From NCBI RefSeq assembly GCF_902652985.1, contig NC_047017.1:23498001-23562000 (forward strand): DNA of 64,000 bases, given 5' to 3'. Positions 30,136 to 42,300 of the stretch are shown here, in pieces (positions within the stretch are counted from its first letter, which is position 1; every line of letters begins with the position of its first letter). Below the pieces are notes generated by a model. The model was not told the DNA's origin. It did not search any database and worked only from the letters and a program-made list of their open reading frames with translations. Source of the stretch: Pecten maximus. Taxonomy: Eukaryota. Both the position numbers and the translations under genes were made by a program.

Positions 30136-31723
30136 AGACATTGTCCTTTAATTTGTATATACAAATGTATTATTATTTGCAGATTCTAGAATATGTATAT
30201 ACATTTACATGTATAATTATATGTGTGTATTAAATTTGGGACTCACATCAATTTTTATTTTGTTAATTGTTTTTGTTTAGCTCGGTTGTCTGAATGACAT
30301 GTGAGCTTATGACATGGTGGGGCATCCGTCATAAACTTTTCTCTTAAACTTCCAGCTTTGTTTTGGACTTTGATGGAACTTAAATTAGAAGTGACCTTGA
30401 TTTGACCTTAGAATGCAGACATGTTGTATTTTGACCTAAATGAGAAGTCCTATATTTTAATGTTTCTCTTCCAGCACTGATGATACAATACAGTCACCAA
30501 TATTAGAACAAAATTACATAAGCGGTATTGATATTAACATACAGTTGATTACATACATATTGACCACGGAGATCATTAACTTCATGTAATATGTAAATAA
30601 CAAAATCAAATTTATACTCGCACAGTTCTGCATATAAGTTTCATTGGTTTATATGCAGTGTGAATGACATGTAAATATGAATCAACATAATGTTCTGACA
30701 GCATATTCATAACAAACAAAGATATTTCATCAAATTGTTTTATTTTATCACAAATGAGACGTTTTTGTGGAATGTATTACATACAAGTATGAGATATTCT
30801 GAGACAAGAACATGGAGACACAAAATATAATATCACATAAACAATTTTTCTTTTTAAAAAAGAGAATTCTTAACCTGTCATTAATTTGTATAATGTATAA
30901 GTCATGGATCCATCATACATAATTAAAACCACAACATATAAAAGTTGATATGATTCTGTGATGTTGTTACGATACAAAGGGTTATAAAAATTTCATTCAA
31001 ATTGCAACATACAAGACATGAAACAGAATAGCTGGTCAGTATGTATTGGAGGTGGCTTAAAGAAACAATATCAACTTTTGTAATCCGGTATAAAATATAC
31101 ATTCACAACCATAATTGAAAACGAATTTCATTAACAATAGATCAGTTTCATATTCAACACACTCAAGTTCTATACAAAATTTATGCATATCATATGATTT
31201 TCATATCTGCCATAATTGTAAATATAAATGCAATATTGTTTTTGAAATTGATAAATGTTTGTTATTATATGAAACTTAAGCTTTACTATCTGCCCATCCT
31301 CAGCTTATGTCATTCATTGTTATACAGTCAGCTTTTGGGGAGAGGAGAGAACTCTCCTGTTCAATATCATTGCAGAAATTCATACAATCCAGACATGTTA
31401 CCAGCTTGTATGAGGAGTTTCTCTTATTGTTATTTATAAACCACTGGTATCAAAAATAAAGCAAATGCTGATTGTATTGAAATACACTATACAAAATTGT
31501 GACAACAGTTTATGTATTAAGGGTTAAAATATGTCAGAATATGAGGTAAAAAACTATAATATACTGATCTATATATTTACAACAATTTAGTAAAAATAAT
31601 GGCAGACCTTAGTTCATCTTTTTACTCTTGTGTAACAAATATTGACATTATGAATCTATATAGGATTGTACATTTATAACAAAATTCTCAATATTAACCT
31701 CGCATCGTAAATTTCCACGTTTA

Positions 31724-31872
31724 CAGTACCTTAAATATGTCTTAATTTCATACGGGATTTCATGAAACAAATCTTAGAATGTTTAATTTTGCAAGCCTTG
31801 GTAAGCAATAAAATACAATTTTGAGACAAGTTTTATAAAATCCATAGGAAATTAAGACATATTTAAGGTACT
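31724..31872. mobile_element. Small hairpin/MITE-like inverted repeat
   Basis: AGTACCTTAAATATGTCTTAATTTC ... GAAATTAAGACATATTTAAGGTACT, with imperfect pairing further inward. Confidence 0.6.
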
Positions 31873-33667
31873 ATAAACATCGTTTACGCGACTGGGGAAA
31901 TCTGCGCTATTTCCCTTTGATCACGAAAATTTCCCTCTTGTGTATTATTTGGATATCATTTTGCGTAATCTTGAACTACAAATGAAGGTGGATCGATCAC
32001 GTATCGAAACATTACATATCGAAATTGCGAAAATTAACCCCCCACAAAAATAACAACGTTTAAAGTACTTATCATGTTACAGTTGTTCGATACCAGTTAC
32101 CAATTAAGACAAATTTAAGATACTTTTTTTCATGTGAGAAAACTTATATTTTGACAGATTTTAATCAAAGGCAGCCATTTTGCTGTGCCATTTCCAATTA
32201 TGACGTAATTGTTCATGACATCACAATCAATTTCTGACTGGCACAACCAATAAAACACACACTCCATGGTATATTACAATAGTGACATATACTAAAATAT
32301 TACATAGGTGCATTCAATGGATTACAGGACAATTATGTAAATATAATTTATGTCAAATAGAGTTTCTAAATAGAACTGTTATTCCCAACAATACAGTGCA
32401 TCCTATGTTGCTGTAGTGTGTGGATTCTACCAGAAGACTGGTGTAACCTAGGGTTCTTTCCTTTGACCAAATCTTGGAGGTCAAGCACTGATCAATCATA
32501 AGGAGGTTAGATCACACACAAGTACAAATATATACATCATAGAAAAACATGCATTGGATGCTGTTTTGTTTGCCATCTCTGCAGAAATATCAAAATTAAA
32601 CTTTATTTATTTTACAACAATTTCAAAACAAGTTTTATCAACTTATTTTAATCACTCTTGTTGGCCCCTATAGAAGCGTGTGAAGGGTAATGTAGGAATA
32701 ACACTATTTAGGGCCTTGTAGCACAGGGGTACACATATACCTCAAATATATAGCGATGAACACATACAGATATAAAACTTACTCAAAAACAAGGAAAACA
32801 ATTACATTATATGTATTGGCTTTCTGAAACTATTGGGACATTTTTTTCAGTTAAAGTTTCCGTATGTCAATTTTGAATGTCAAATGATTTAGAATGTTAC
32901 ATGTAGGTCAGGGCATGCATGGTTTGATAATACGACAGGTGATCATGATTGAGGTTTTATAATGATATGCATGGGTTGATTTCTTATCTTTTTCATCTGT
33001 TTCAACTGGATGAAAAAAAAAGAAAAGAAAAAAAAAGAGAAATGTTTAATATAGAGGCTGACTTCTAAATCATTTGGCACATTTAGATTTCAGGGGTCCA
33101 GTCAGACATGTCTGCCTGAAATTAATCAGCTAGCTTTTACACAAAATATGAGGTCAAATTGCATATTATATATGCATTTTCTAAAGTGGTATACTATCTG
33201 GATTATTTTCATATATATATGTCAAGTAGTAATAACGACAGTACAGACAAGTAAATTGTTGAATTTCCCGAGGCAATCTGCTCTTTTATCAAGACAAGTA
33301 AATTACAAACGATCACATATAGACATAGAACATGGAACAGTTACATAAATATAGTGGGTATAATCGCATCCAACAAACATCTCTTTGTTAGGATCCAGTA
33401 CCTATATTGGATTATACTGTCCTTATTACTTACTAGACCCTATATATATATATACAGTAAGCCTTACAAGCACATATACATGTTTAATGTTTATATCTCT
33501 TTGAAATAAAATAACGGCGTTTACATGTAGCTCTACCTGTGGCATTATCATCCCAATTCTGGTAAAGGTGTATTATCTCTATGTTATGGTTTTCTGTGCT
33601 GACTGCATTGTTTCAACCAGATACCAGAAAGCTGCCAAGGTGTGGCACATTAACTGTGGTAATGTGA

Positions 33668-35602
33668 CTATGTGTCTACCTCGGGACGGAACAGTTGTAA
33701 TAGCTTTCTGGTATGGAGCTTGGCTGCAATACAGCTGTAGTTTCTGGTGTCACAAAGGGATTGTTCTATAATGTCCCACTGACCACGACTAAAGTCGAGC
33801 CGACACACAATGTTGCGATATGTTGGATGTGTAAGCCGTGAACTCTCGCTCATGCCACAGGCATACAATGCCATATTTACAACAGCGAGTCCCACATTAT
33901 ACATAGCCTCTGGAAGTTCAGGGCCTGGACGCCACTGGTTGTTCGCTATGCTGAATATCTCTACAGACTTGAGAGCTTGTCTGTTGATAGTGTGAGAATT
34001 TTGGGAATAAATCTGACCACCGGCAACGTAGATTTCCTCATCCACAACACATGCACCAAAATTAAACCTTGGAGTAAGCATTCCAGACCTGGTGATCCAC
34101 TGGCCTTCGACAGGATGGTACATGACAACAAGGTTATGGGCTCCAACACCTGTGCGCCCACCTAGGAGGAATATGTGCTCCTCATGGACAACACATGCAA
34201 GGTCTACCAATGAGGTAGGGAGCATGCCCTGATAGCTCCACCGATTCTTGTTGATGTCGTACACTTCGATGATTTCAGTCGGATGTTGATTCTCTGTCAG
34301 ACCCCCAAAACAGTATATCTTTCCACCCAAGGAAGCCAAAGAAAAGTTTGATTTGGGGAATAACATGGGTGACAAGGCCACCCACTTGTTGTGATCATTG
34401 TCATAGCGATAAAAATCTTTACTCACAACTCTTTCTTCAAATTCATCTAATGAATCATCGGAGTCGAAATGCTCACAACTGTCCGAGTGATAAATATAGT
34501 TACCACCCCCAGCAAACAGGGCGTTTTTCTCTGTGACAACACCAGCCAGACTTTCCACATAAAAATCTCCACATCTGCTAGCAACAGGGGCCATGAAATA
34601 AGCCTCTCTTGTCAAGGGTTTGTAGCAGTTGATGTAAGGTCGTTGGTTCTCGGTTCCTCCTAGAAGCAACATACAGTGATCTGGCTTTATCATGCCAGAG
34701 CGCAATGCCAAAGAGAAGGTGCTCTCCCCCTGATAGGAATGTGGATTGATTTCATACTCCTTCAGATCTTGTAGAAGAGAAACACAATGGTGATCATTAA
34801 GAATTAAATTGCTTTTCATCACCCTTTCTTGCATGAAACGTAAAGAAATGAGACCAAAGCGAACTTTTGTCATTAACTGTCCCAGAAAACCTGCCCGTCC
34901 CTCCTGTGCGCCAACCCAAGCTAATATAGCTTCAAATACAACGTCTTCTTTGTCAACATTAAGTTCATCACTGGCAACAATTTCTGTTACTTTATCCAGA
35001 GGAAGCCGTAAAAACTCCTCACACTGATGAACATCCATGAAGTTCTTTTCGATATGTTCCCTAGCTTTAACCTGGAGTGAGAGGCAGCTATGAGCCTGGG
35101 CAAAGCAGTATATACCTACACAGTTACTGTTGTCCAGCTGCGTCTCCAGGAACCTAGCACAGGCCTTCTGGACAGGAATAATCTGAAACATGGAAGCTGC
35201 TGCCAGCAAGTTTTGTACATTTTGTTGACAAATATCCAGAGACCCTGTGTAAGCATAGGACACAACCTGGTTAACAGATTCAAAGTCAATTTCAAACAGT
35301 TCCACTTCATCCTTTCTGCTCTCATTCAGGTCCAGCGTGAACATGGCTTTGAAGTAGGGGCTAGCAGCTGCCAACACCACACGATGAGTAGGTAGCTTAT
35401 GGCCATCTACACTCAGGGTCACATCTGTTAACAGGCCATCATCATACAGCGACTTCATCTCCTTCAGGAACTGCGAACTATGGACATCATTGTGGAACAC
35501 CATGGAATCCATGCTGTTGTAGAAGACATTGTAGTCTACACTCTCACTCTCAGACAGCCAGGAGTCTGGACTGCCTTGTCCAAAGGGTTCACAAACAGAC
35601 AT
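33668..35602 (-). CDS. Kelch-like protein (BTB-BACK-Kelch; CUL3 substrate adaptor), single coding exon, 644 aa
   Basis: BTB (LTDVTLSVDGHKLPTHRVVLAAASPYFKAMF), BACK (CARFLETQLDNSNCVGI...ELNVDKEDVVFEAILAWV) and GG/W kelch repeats. The acceptor GTTGTAG| places the exon start at 35616, so the first ATG is 35602. A probable non-coding exon lies upstream with its donor at 36478. Confidence 0.92.
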   Translation of the reverse strand: MSVCEPFGQGSPDSWLSESESVDYNVFYNSMDSMVFHNDVHSSQFLKEMKSLYDDGLLTDVTLSVDGHKLPTHRVVLAAASPYFKAMFTLDLNESRKDEVELFEIDFESVNQVVSYAYTGSLDICQQNVQNLLAAASMFQIIPVQKACARFLETQLDNSNCVGIYCFAQAHSCLSLQVKAREHIEKNFMDVHQCEEFLRLPLDKVTEIVASDELNVDKEDVVFEAILAWVGAQEGRAGFLGQLMTKVRFGLISLRFMQERVMKSNLILNDHHCVSLLQDLKEYEINPHSYQGESTFSLALRSGMIKPDHCMLLLGGTENQRPYINCYKPLTREAYFMAPVASRCGDFYVESLAGVVTEKNALFAGGGNYIYHSDSCEHFDSDDSLDEFEERVVSKDFYRYDNDHNKWVALSPMLFPKSNFSLASLGGKIYCFGGLTENQHPTEIIEVYDINKNRWSYQGMLPTSLVDLACVVHEEHIFLLGGRTGVGAHNLVVMYHPVEGQWITRSGMLTPRFNFGACVVDEEIYVAGGQIYSQNSHTINRQALKSVEIFSIANNQWRPGPELPEAMYNVGLAVVNMALYACGMSESSRLTHPTYRNIVCRLDFSRGQWDIIEQSLCDTRNYSCIAAKLHTRKLLQLFRPEVDT

Positions 35603-37845
35603 CAGGCATGTCTTGTCTACAACACAGAAACACAACATCAGGATTAGGTCATAAAAACATACCAAAACAATCTACAGACAAAGGAAGAGTGAGGCCCAGC
35701 AGAAAGTGATTGTCGATGCACTGTGTTCCTGTTCACACTTAGAAATGCATCTGTACATGTAAGTATTGTAACGCACCCCTGTGCACAGACTTATACATGA
35801 TAAGTGGTATTAATTAATATCCTGTCTGTGTCGGGTTTGAAATCAGAGACTTTTACCTATTTCTCAACAATGCTACTGATAGCTAGACATTAAATATATA
35901 TTATCAATCAATATTATCTTATAAAATTTATAATTACATAGGTGTGATATGCCCTACCAGTAAACTAATATTGAATTGCTGGTTACCCCAATATAAAATC
36001 ATACTGTTATTATTAACCAATTTTTATTTATCTTATTCATGTGACAACAGAGGAAAACGTACAGCTTAGCCTATATCATCATCATAAAACTAGAGTGTTT
36101 GCCAATGCAGTAGCTATATATATATAGGCCTACTCAGTACAATGCGTGCATTATGTATTGCATTGGCAACAACCAGGATAAAGTGAGCCAAACTGTCGTT
36201 CACTCTGTCTAAATAATAAGACCTTAACTTAAATATGCGAGTACAACTTTATTATGAGTGTTGGACTGTAGTGCTGCTGGAAGAAAGTCCATCAAACTGT
36301 CTGACTGGACAGTGAAAGGCCTCTGTCTGTTGTTATCACGTTTCCGTTGTCATCACACGAATACTACAGCGAGTAGCACGCATTCTAATGTGGTTCGACA
36401 AATTTTAAAACTCGTTGCCGAAGAGAAGAACTTGACCACATTGCATTCTACCAACATGAATATATATATACTACTTACATTACTCTGTGGAGTAACGGTT
36501 TGATCGCTGTCTTGTTTACATCAGATGTCAACACACAATCAAGGACGATAACTCTTAAATCTTTGGTGACCGGATGTCGAGTATTTTAAGGTGTCCTACC
36601 CCGTAAATATTGATGAATTATCCGTAATGATTTTCGCACAAAAATCGTCACAATTATAAACTCGACTATGACATGCTAATGACGAAATAAATGCAACGTT
36701 TCTGTTTGACATGGTTTCCTATGTCTTATTTCATACAGGAACATATAATGTAAATTCTAAGAATGTAGGACACACTAGACCATTTCTGAAATAAATACTG
36801 ACATATATATATATATATTTCTTCAATAAGTGAGGTGGGACTCTTACATAGATATATTCCTATCTCCATCATCAATGAAATAAATCTGTTACCAGGGTTC
36901 ATGAGATATGCGAATTCTTTAACCTTGACTAAATGACCACCAAAATCTAATCGGGTGTAGAATTTCTTGCTGTGAGGACTTGATGAGAATATATATACAT
37001 GTACATATACACAAGCATTTTATTTCAAGAGTGGTCAAGTGTATCATCTTGACCTTTAACCGATCAACCATGACCACCAACATCTAATTAGGTGTAAAAC
37101 TAAATGCTGTGATGTTAATGTCCGAATATAAAACCAATCTGTCCAGTTCATAACTCACCAATGTTGAAATAATTTTAGATATCATGTACGAAAGCTATTT
37201 TACTTCAAAAGTAGACAAGTGTGACCTTTGACCTTTAAACTTTACCGATGACTACTAGACGTGTAGACCTTTATGGTGTGAATATGAAGTAAATCTGCAA
37301 AACATGGGTCCATGTACACAAGGTTATCGCAGGCGCCTCGGTAGCCGTTATCGTCAGTGCAGTCATGTGTGAGCTTCAGACTACTCTCCCCTAGAACGTG
37401 GGTTCGGGCCGCACTGGCGGCAGGGGATTATGTCTGCTGGGTTTGTTGTTTCTCCATCGATCGCATGTTGGTTTTCCTCCAACATTCAAAATAATATTTG
37501 TTCCCTGAATGGCGTCGTAATAAAATTTGAAAGTAGAGCTTATGTTGCTTGTTAACCATGTAAACCACGATAAATTTTTTTTTTCCTAAAGTGAGGGGTA
37601 TAACAATCAAGGATAACTATAGCCTTGCTTTTAAAACAAAAGGCCCAGGGGGTATGTATCATCAATATGAATATTGAAGAAATGCATTTATAATTGCAAG
37701 ATATTTCTGATACAAAGATAACAATGTACAGTATAATTTTCTTCACACAAACAGGCTTATTACAAAGTAAATCAAATTCCCAAAAATTAGGTTCAAACTT
37801 ATATATTTTAACTAGCTCATTGACCATTGACTTCATTCTGGAACT

Positions 37846-38045
37846 GGGGCCGCAGTGGCCAAGTGGTTAAGGTGTTGCGACACTATCACTAACCCTCCAC
37901 CTCCGGGCTGCGAATTCGAAACCTATGTGGAGCAGTTACCAGGTACTGACCATAGGTGGGTGGTTTTTCTCAACCTCCAAAACCGGGCATGTAAATGACA
38001 ATGGCTTTAATAGGATGTTAAAAAAACCCACCAAACCAAACCAAA
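37846..38045 (+). mobile_element. tRNA-derived V-SINE, same family as 1830-2055, with an internal deletion in the V core
   Basis: GGGGCCGCAGTGGCCAAGTGGTTAAGG...GAATTCGAAAC..., then an A run and (CCAAA)n tail. TSD CATTCTGGAACT (37834-37845) / CATTCTTGAACT (38046-38057). Confidence 0.85.
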
Positions 38046-38860
38046 CATTCTTGAACTTATACGTGGAACACCTAATGGCAATATATTGGAGATTGTTATA
38101 AAGTCGATGGACAAATGCTCTATGAGCCCAGAAGGCTTGCACTGTTCACATGAATTTTAGCAAATAAAACCAAAATGTTCCCCATTTTGACAATGTGTAA
38201 CAAAATTGTATTATATCGGTATATTGGGTAGTCAAAGAGTAACTAGTTTGAAAATTACTAAACTTCATTTTTAATTCAAAGCAATATTACTTTGTTTCTC
38301 TTATTGTACAATTTTGAAACCCTATCAAAGTAAATGGATATTTCCAGTCAAATTTGGTGAAATTCTGACCAGCAACTCAAAATCTGAAGAAATTCTTAAC
38401 AGATGACAAATGTTGCAGTATGACTTAAAACTCACTTTGGTCAATCAATGACAATAAAATCTGTCATTTCATTATTTACATATAACATAAAAACTATCTA
38501 AAATTCATGTCATTTATTGATATTATTTCAACTTTAAACATTCAATTACATAAACATTACATAACATATGTTGAACTGTAATACAACCCCTAATATCAGA
38601 CTCATCATTAACATCTTATAAAATGTACATAAAATATACATTAATTGGTTAAAACATCTTTATATCAGTTGAGTCCGAACCCCTCAACCCCATAATTTGG
38701 AAACAATACAAAAGAAGAAGACCTTTCACCAAATAGTACAATACACAACACATTTCACCAAATAGTACAATACACAACACATGTCACAAGAGTGTTATTT
38801 GTTACAAAGATGGCATCTGTCTTAGTGCGGTATTCGTTTTCGAAACAATTCGTCTGTGTA

Positions 38861-39312
38861 TATTAGACTCTTGGAGACAAATGAACACCTGTGTCTATAG
38901 GCGAGGGGTGACTAAGGAGTTTGTATTGTAACACTGGGTCTGTATCAGATACGGAGCAGTTTGTACTGCGACGCCTGGTCAGTATTAGACTCGAATGACC
39001 TGTGTTGACAGGTGAGCTCTTACTGAAGAGGAGTTTGTTGTGTAACACAGGGTCTGTTTCAGACTTGTCGGAGTTTGTACTGTGACACCTGGTCAGTATT
39101 AGACTCGGAGGACCTGTGCTGACAGGTGAGGTATTCATGACTGAAGAGGAGTTTGTTCTGTAACACTGGGTCTGTGTAAGACTCGTCGGAGTTTGTAGTG
39201 CGACACCTGGTCAGTATTTTGTTTCAGACTCGTCAGAGTTTGTACTGTGACACCAGGTCAGTAGTATTAGACTCGGAGGACCTGTGCTGACAGGTGAGGT
39301 ATGACTGAGGAG
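38861..39312 (-). repeat. ~115-170-bp tandem repeats containing the POLA2 terminal codons and stop
   Basis: TATTAGACTC(G)GAGGACCTGTG(C)TGACAGGTGAG-like blocks at ~39266 (true CDS end), 39097, 38983 and 38861. Confidence 0.8.
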
Positions 39313-42300
39313 TTAGTACTCTGTGACAGTTGATCTGTTTGTATTACGAGCCGGCAGTAGGTACCCCCGTTTTGTCCCTTCGAGAGTCGCCCTGGGTTTA
39401 TACAACAACATCCTTGAATATCCTGAAACATAGAATAATATAATGTACACTGTAGATTCTGATAAGATCATGACACTGGTTGAAGAACTGACTCCATTTG
39501 ACTTTTAACTTCCTATTTTTCAATTTCACAGAAAATCAATTTGCAAGTCAATTAGAGAAGCAATAAAATTTCTAAAAATTGGGAGGTTTTAAACCACAAA
39601 TAACACAAGAAAGTTAAATTTTACATAATCTCTAGCGAGTATTGAGATGTCCTTACTATAATAAAGATGAGCTAAAATGCCAAAATTTTAAAAGTCTAGA
39701 TTCCTTGCATCTTGATGATGCCAATGTCGGAATGTAACACTAAATTCTTGCTTTTGTGACATTTTTTATTCAGGCAAGACAAAATAATGAATTTGTATGG
39801 CTTAGTATTTTTCTAAGAAATGCAGACTCACTTTCACAAACTGTTTCAGATCAGATGGTACAATGAGTATGTGTGGAGTGACGGGGATCCTTCCTTTGTC
39901 TTCAAAGTATTTGTAGTCAATGTTTACTTCATCAGCTGGTGGACAGAGTGGATAGTAGTTCCTCTGGGTAAGAAGATGTTGTGTTAGTCGTCCTAGGCGA
40001 TCTGTAGATCCAGGAATATTGCTGCAAAATCATCAAAAAACTTATGGCCTTTACAAATAAGTTATTGGTAAAAGTATCTTAAAATCTATTACAAGATATC
40101 CTAGAGAGAATTTGGCAGCCACAGTTGTTATGTCTATGGAAGATTGATTTTTTTCTGTTGTTGGGCTGACAGATATATATGTCAACAGTAAATCATGTGT
40201 CATGTGGTTTTCTGTTGGTCAAATATTGACAGAAGGTATCATGTATTAAATTCAAATTCACAAATATGCACCGAAAATTCATGAAACATTTAGAAAATTA
40301 TCACAGAATTGTTTGGGCTTTAATAGTAACTATGCTTGCAATAAATCTCCTACACATCAAATCAAATTCACCAGCCTTTCGAACAGTATTTTAGCACCAA
40401 ATGGCCCATATATTGATATTTATGGCCTTCCTATATTTTCCATTGACTTTGACAGGAGATAAAACTGACTACAGTGAACTTTGACTTCAGTTTATTCATG
40501 TGTTAGCTCATTAGATTCGTCACAATAAATCAACGTCAGGTAACTTTGACATTAATGAGGACCTACCAGGAGATTTCCTCAGCTCCAAGCTGCATAAGGA
40601 TGTCTGTGGAGGTGATGCCAAATACAACATTGTCAACACACACAGTACATGGATCTGGCATGAAATGCAGGTTCTTGGATAACTGTAATGAATGTATGAA
40701 CAAATGATGGGTGTTGGTATTGAAGTGAGTGGTGAACATCACATTTCAGTAGCCTGATATGTGAACATCACATTCTAGTAACCTGTTGATAAATACAATT
40801 ATTGACAAAAGTGGACAAGCCAGTAGATATAGTTGTCGTTGTGCATGGAAACGAAATATAGCAAGAATTTACAATTTTGTACATCAACTTTGACACTACA
40901 CTGGAAGAGGACGTCAGATAAGAATTTAAAGTGAGGCGAAAATATACAAGAGTTTTAATTTGTGGGTTTTAAGGATCAGAAGGATACAAAACAAAAACAA
41001 GCATACTTGGTATTGCTTTCTTATGACCTCTATCAGCCCCCTTAAAAAAGTAAGTGACCTTGACCCTAAAACGCTGATCCTCAGGGAATGAATCTGCTAG
41101 AGCCCCGACAAACTTTGGCATTACCTATGTACATCATACAAAACTGACAGAGAGGAAACCTATATGTTCCCTCCCCCCTTTCACTGGTAGGGCTAGTAAG
41201 TTTTCACTGCCAGGTTTCTGGCAATATACACTATTTTGTCTTTGCTGAAGGTTTCTTGTCCTCCCCCTTTCTGTTGCCATAACCTTTGAATTAAGAGTTA
41301 CAAGATCTGACATTATTGCCAGTAATGCTTCTCAAAGAGGAGGAATGGCTATGTATTAACTGGAGAGCACCTAGGAGAAAGAAATACCAAGTGAAAAGGT
41401 ATGACACCCTAGCCGACTGGCACCAGACTCTAATATTACCTATTACTGAAATAAACCTGTTAGTGGCTTAGTGACTCAAATTATCAATATATTGTATCTT
41501 GTATTTGTAAAATGCATGAATGATATTATCAATCTTTCCATTAAATATGTTCTTACATTTTGCTTGAGGTTCTTCGGATCAAATGGAGGCTGGGGATACA
41601 CATAGTCATGGTGAACATCTCTGTAGGATGGTGCAATTATAAACTTGCAGCCACAGCTGTAATATAAATGTACATTTTAATATGTAAGTATATCACCCTG
41701 ATGGATATTGCCTTTGTTGAAATTCAGTCTGATGTTAATTTAACATTTTGTTTCTTACACACTTGTGTGATGGACAGATTCAACAACTATACTTTTAACT
41801 CAGTTCTGCATTATCAAGGGACATAATTATCCTACAATTCATTTTATCACTAAGGTAATCACCATCCAGGCTATAAAGAGATGTTTTATCAATCACATAT
41901 TTCCAAAATTACACTATAAAATGTCAAAATCTTAACCAGGTAAATGTACATGTTTCTAATCCATTTTGGCATGTAAAATTTACCTTTTACAATACCAGGA
42001 GCTAATAGATTAATACTGTGCTAGGGTGAGTGAACATTTGCAATATTTCATTTGAGATAATATTAATATAGGTTGTAGTCTGTAGGACAATGAAGTATGA
42101 AATTATACGTTGGTACCCCTGCAATCATAAATTTCCTTGTTGCAATGAATGATAATAAAATCTCACTTGTCTGCAATGTCACTGAGACTTTTCATTTGCA
42201 TCCAGAAAAGGTCATCAAATGAGGTTGTGCAATTTCCTTTCTGAAAGTAAAATCAGAAATCAATGTTGAATTATTTTCCCTTTCAGAATTTGATCTTCAA

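Noticed and set aside
35603-35665. N-terminal 21 aa of the 665-aa kelch ORF
   Set aside because: Non-ATG start in pyrimidine-rich sequence upstream of a good acceptor (exon starts 35616); the first in-frame ATG is 35602.
37330-37510. Possible additional degenerate SINE
   Set aside because: Only weak B-box and V-core resemblance and no clear TSD, so it is not supportable as a feature.
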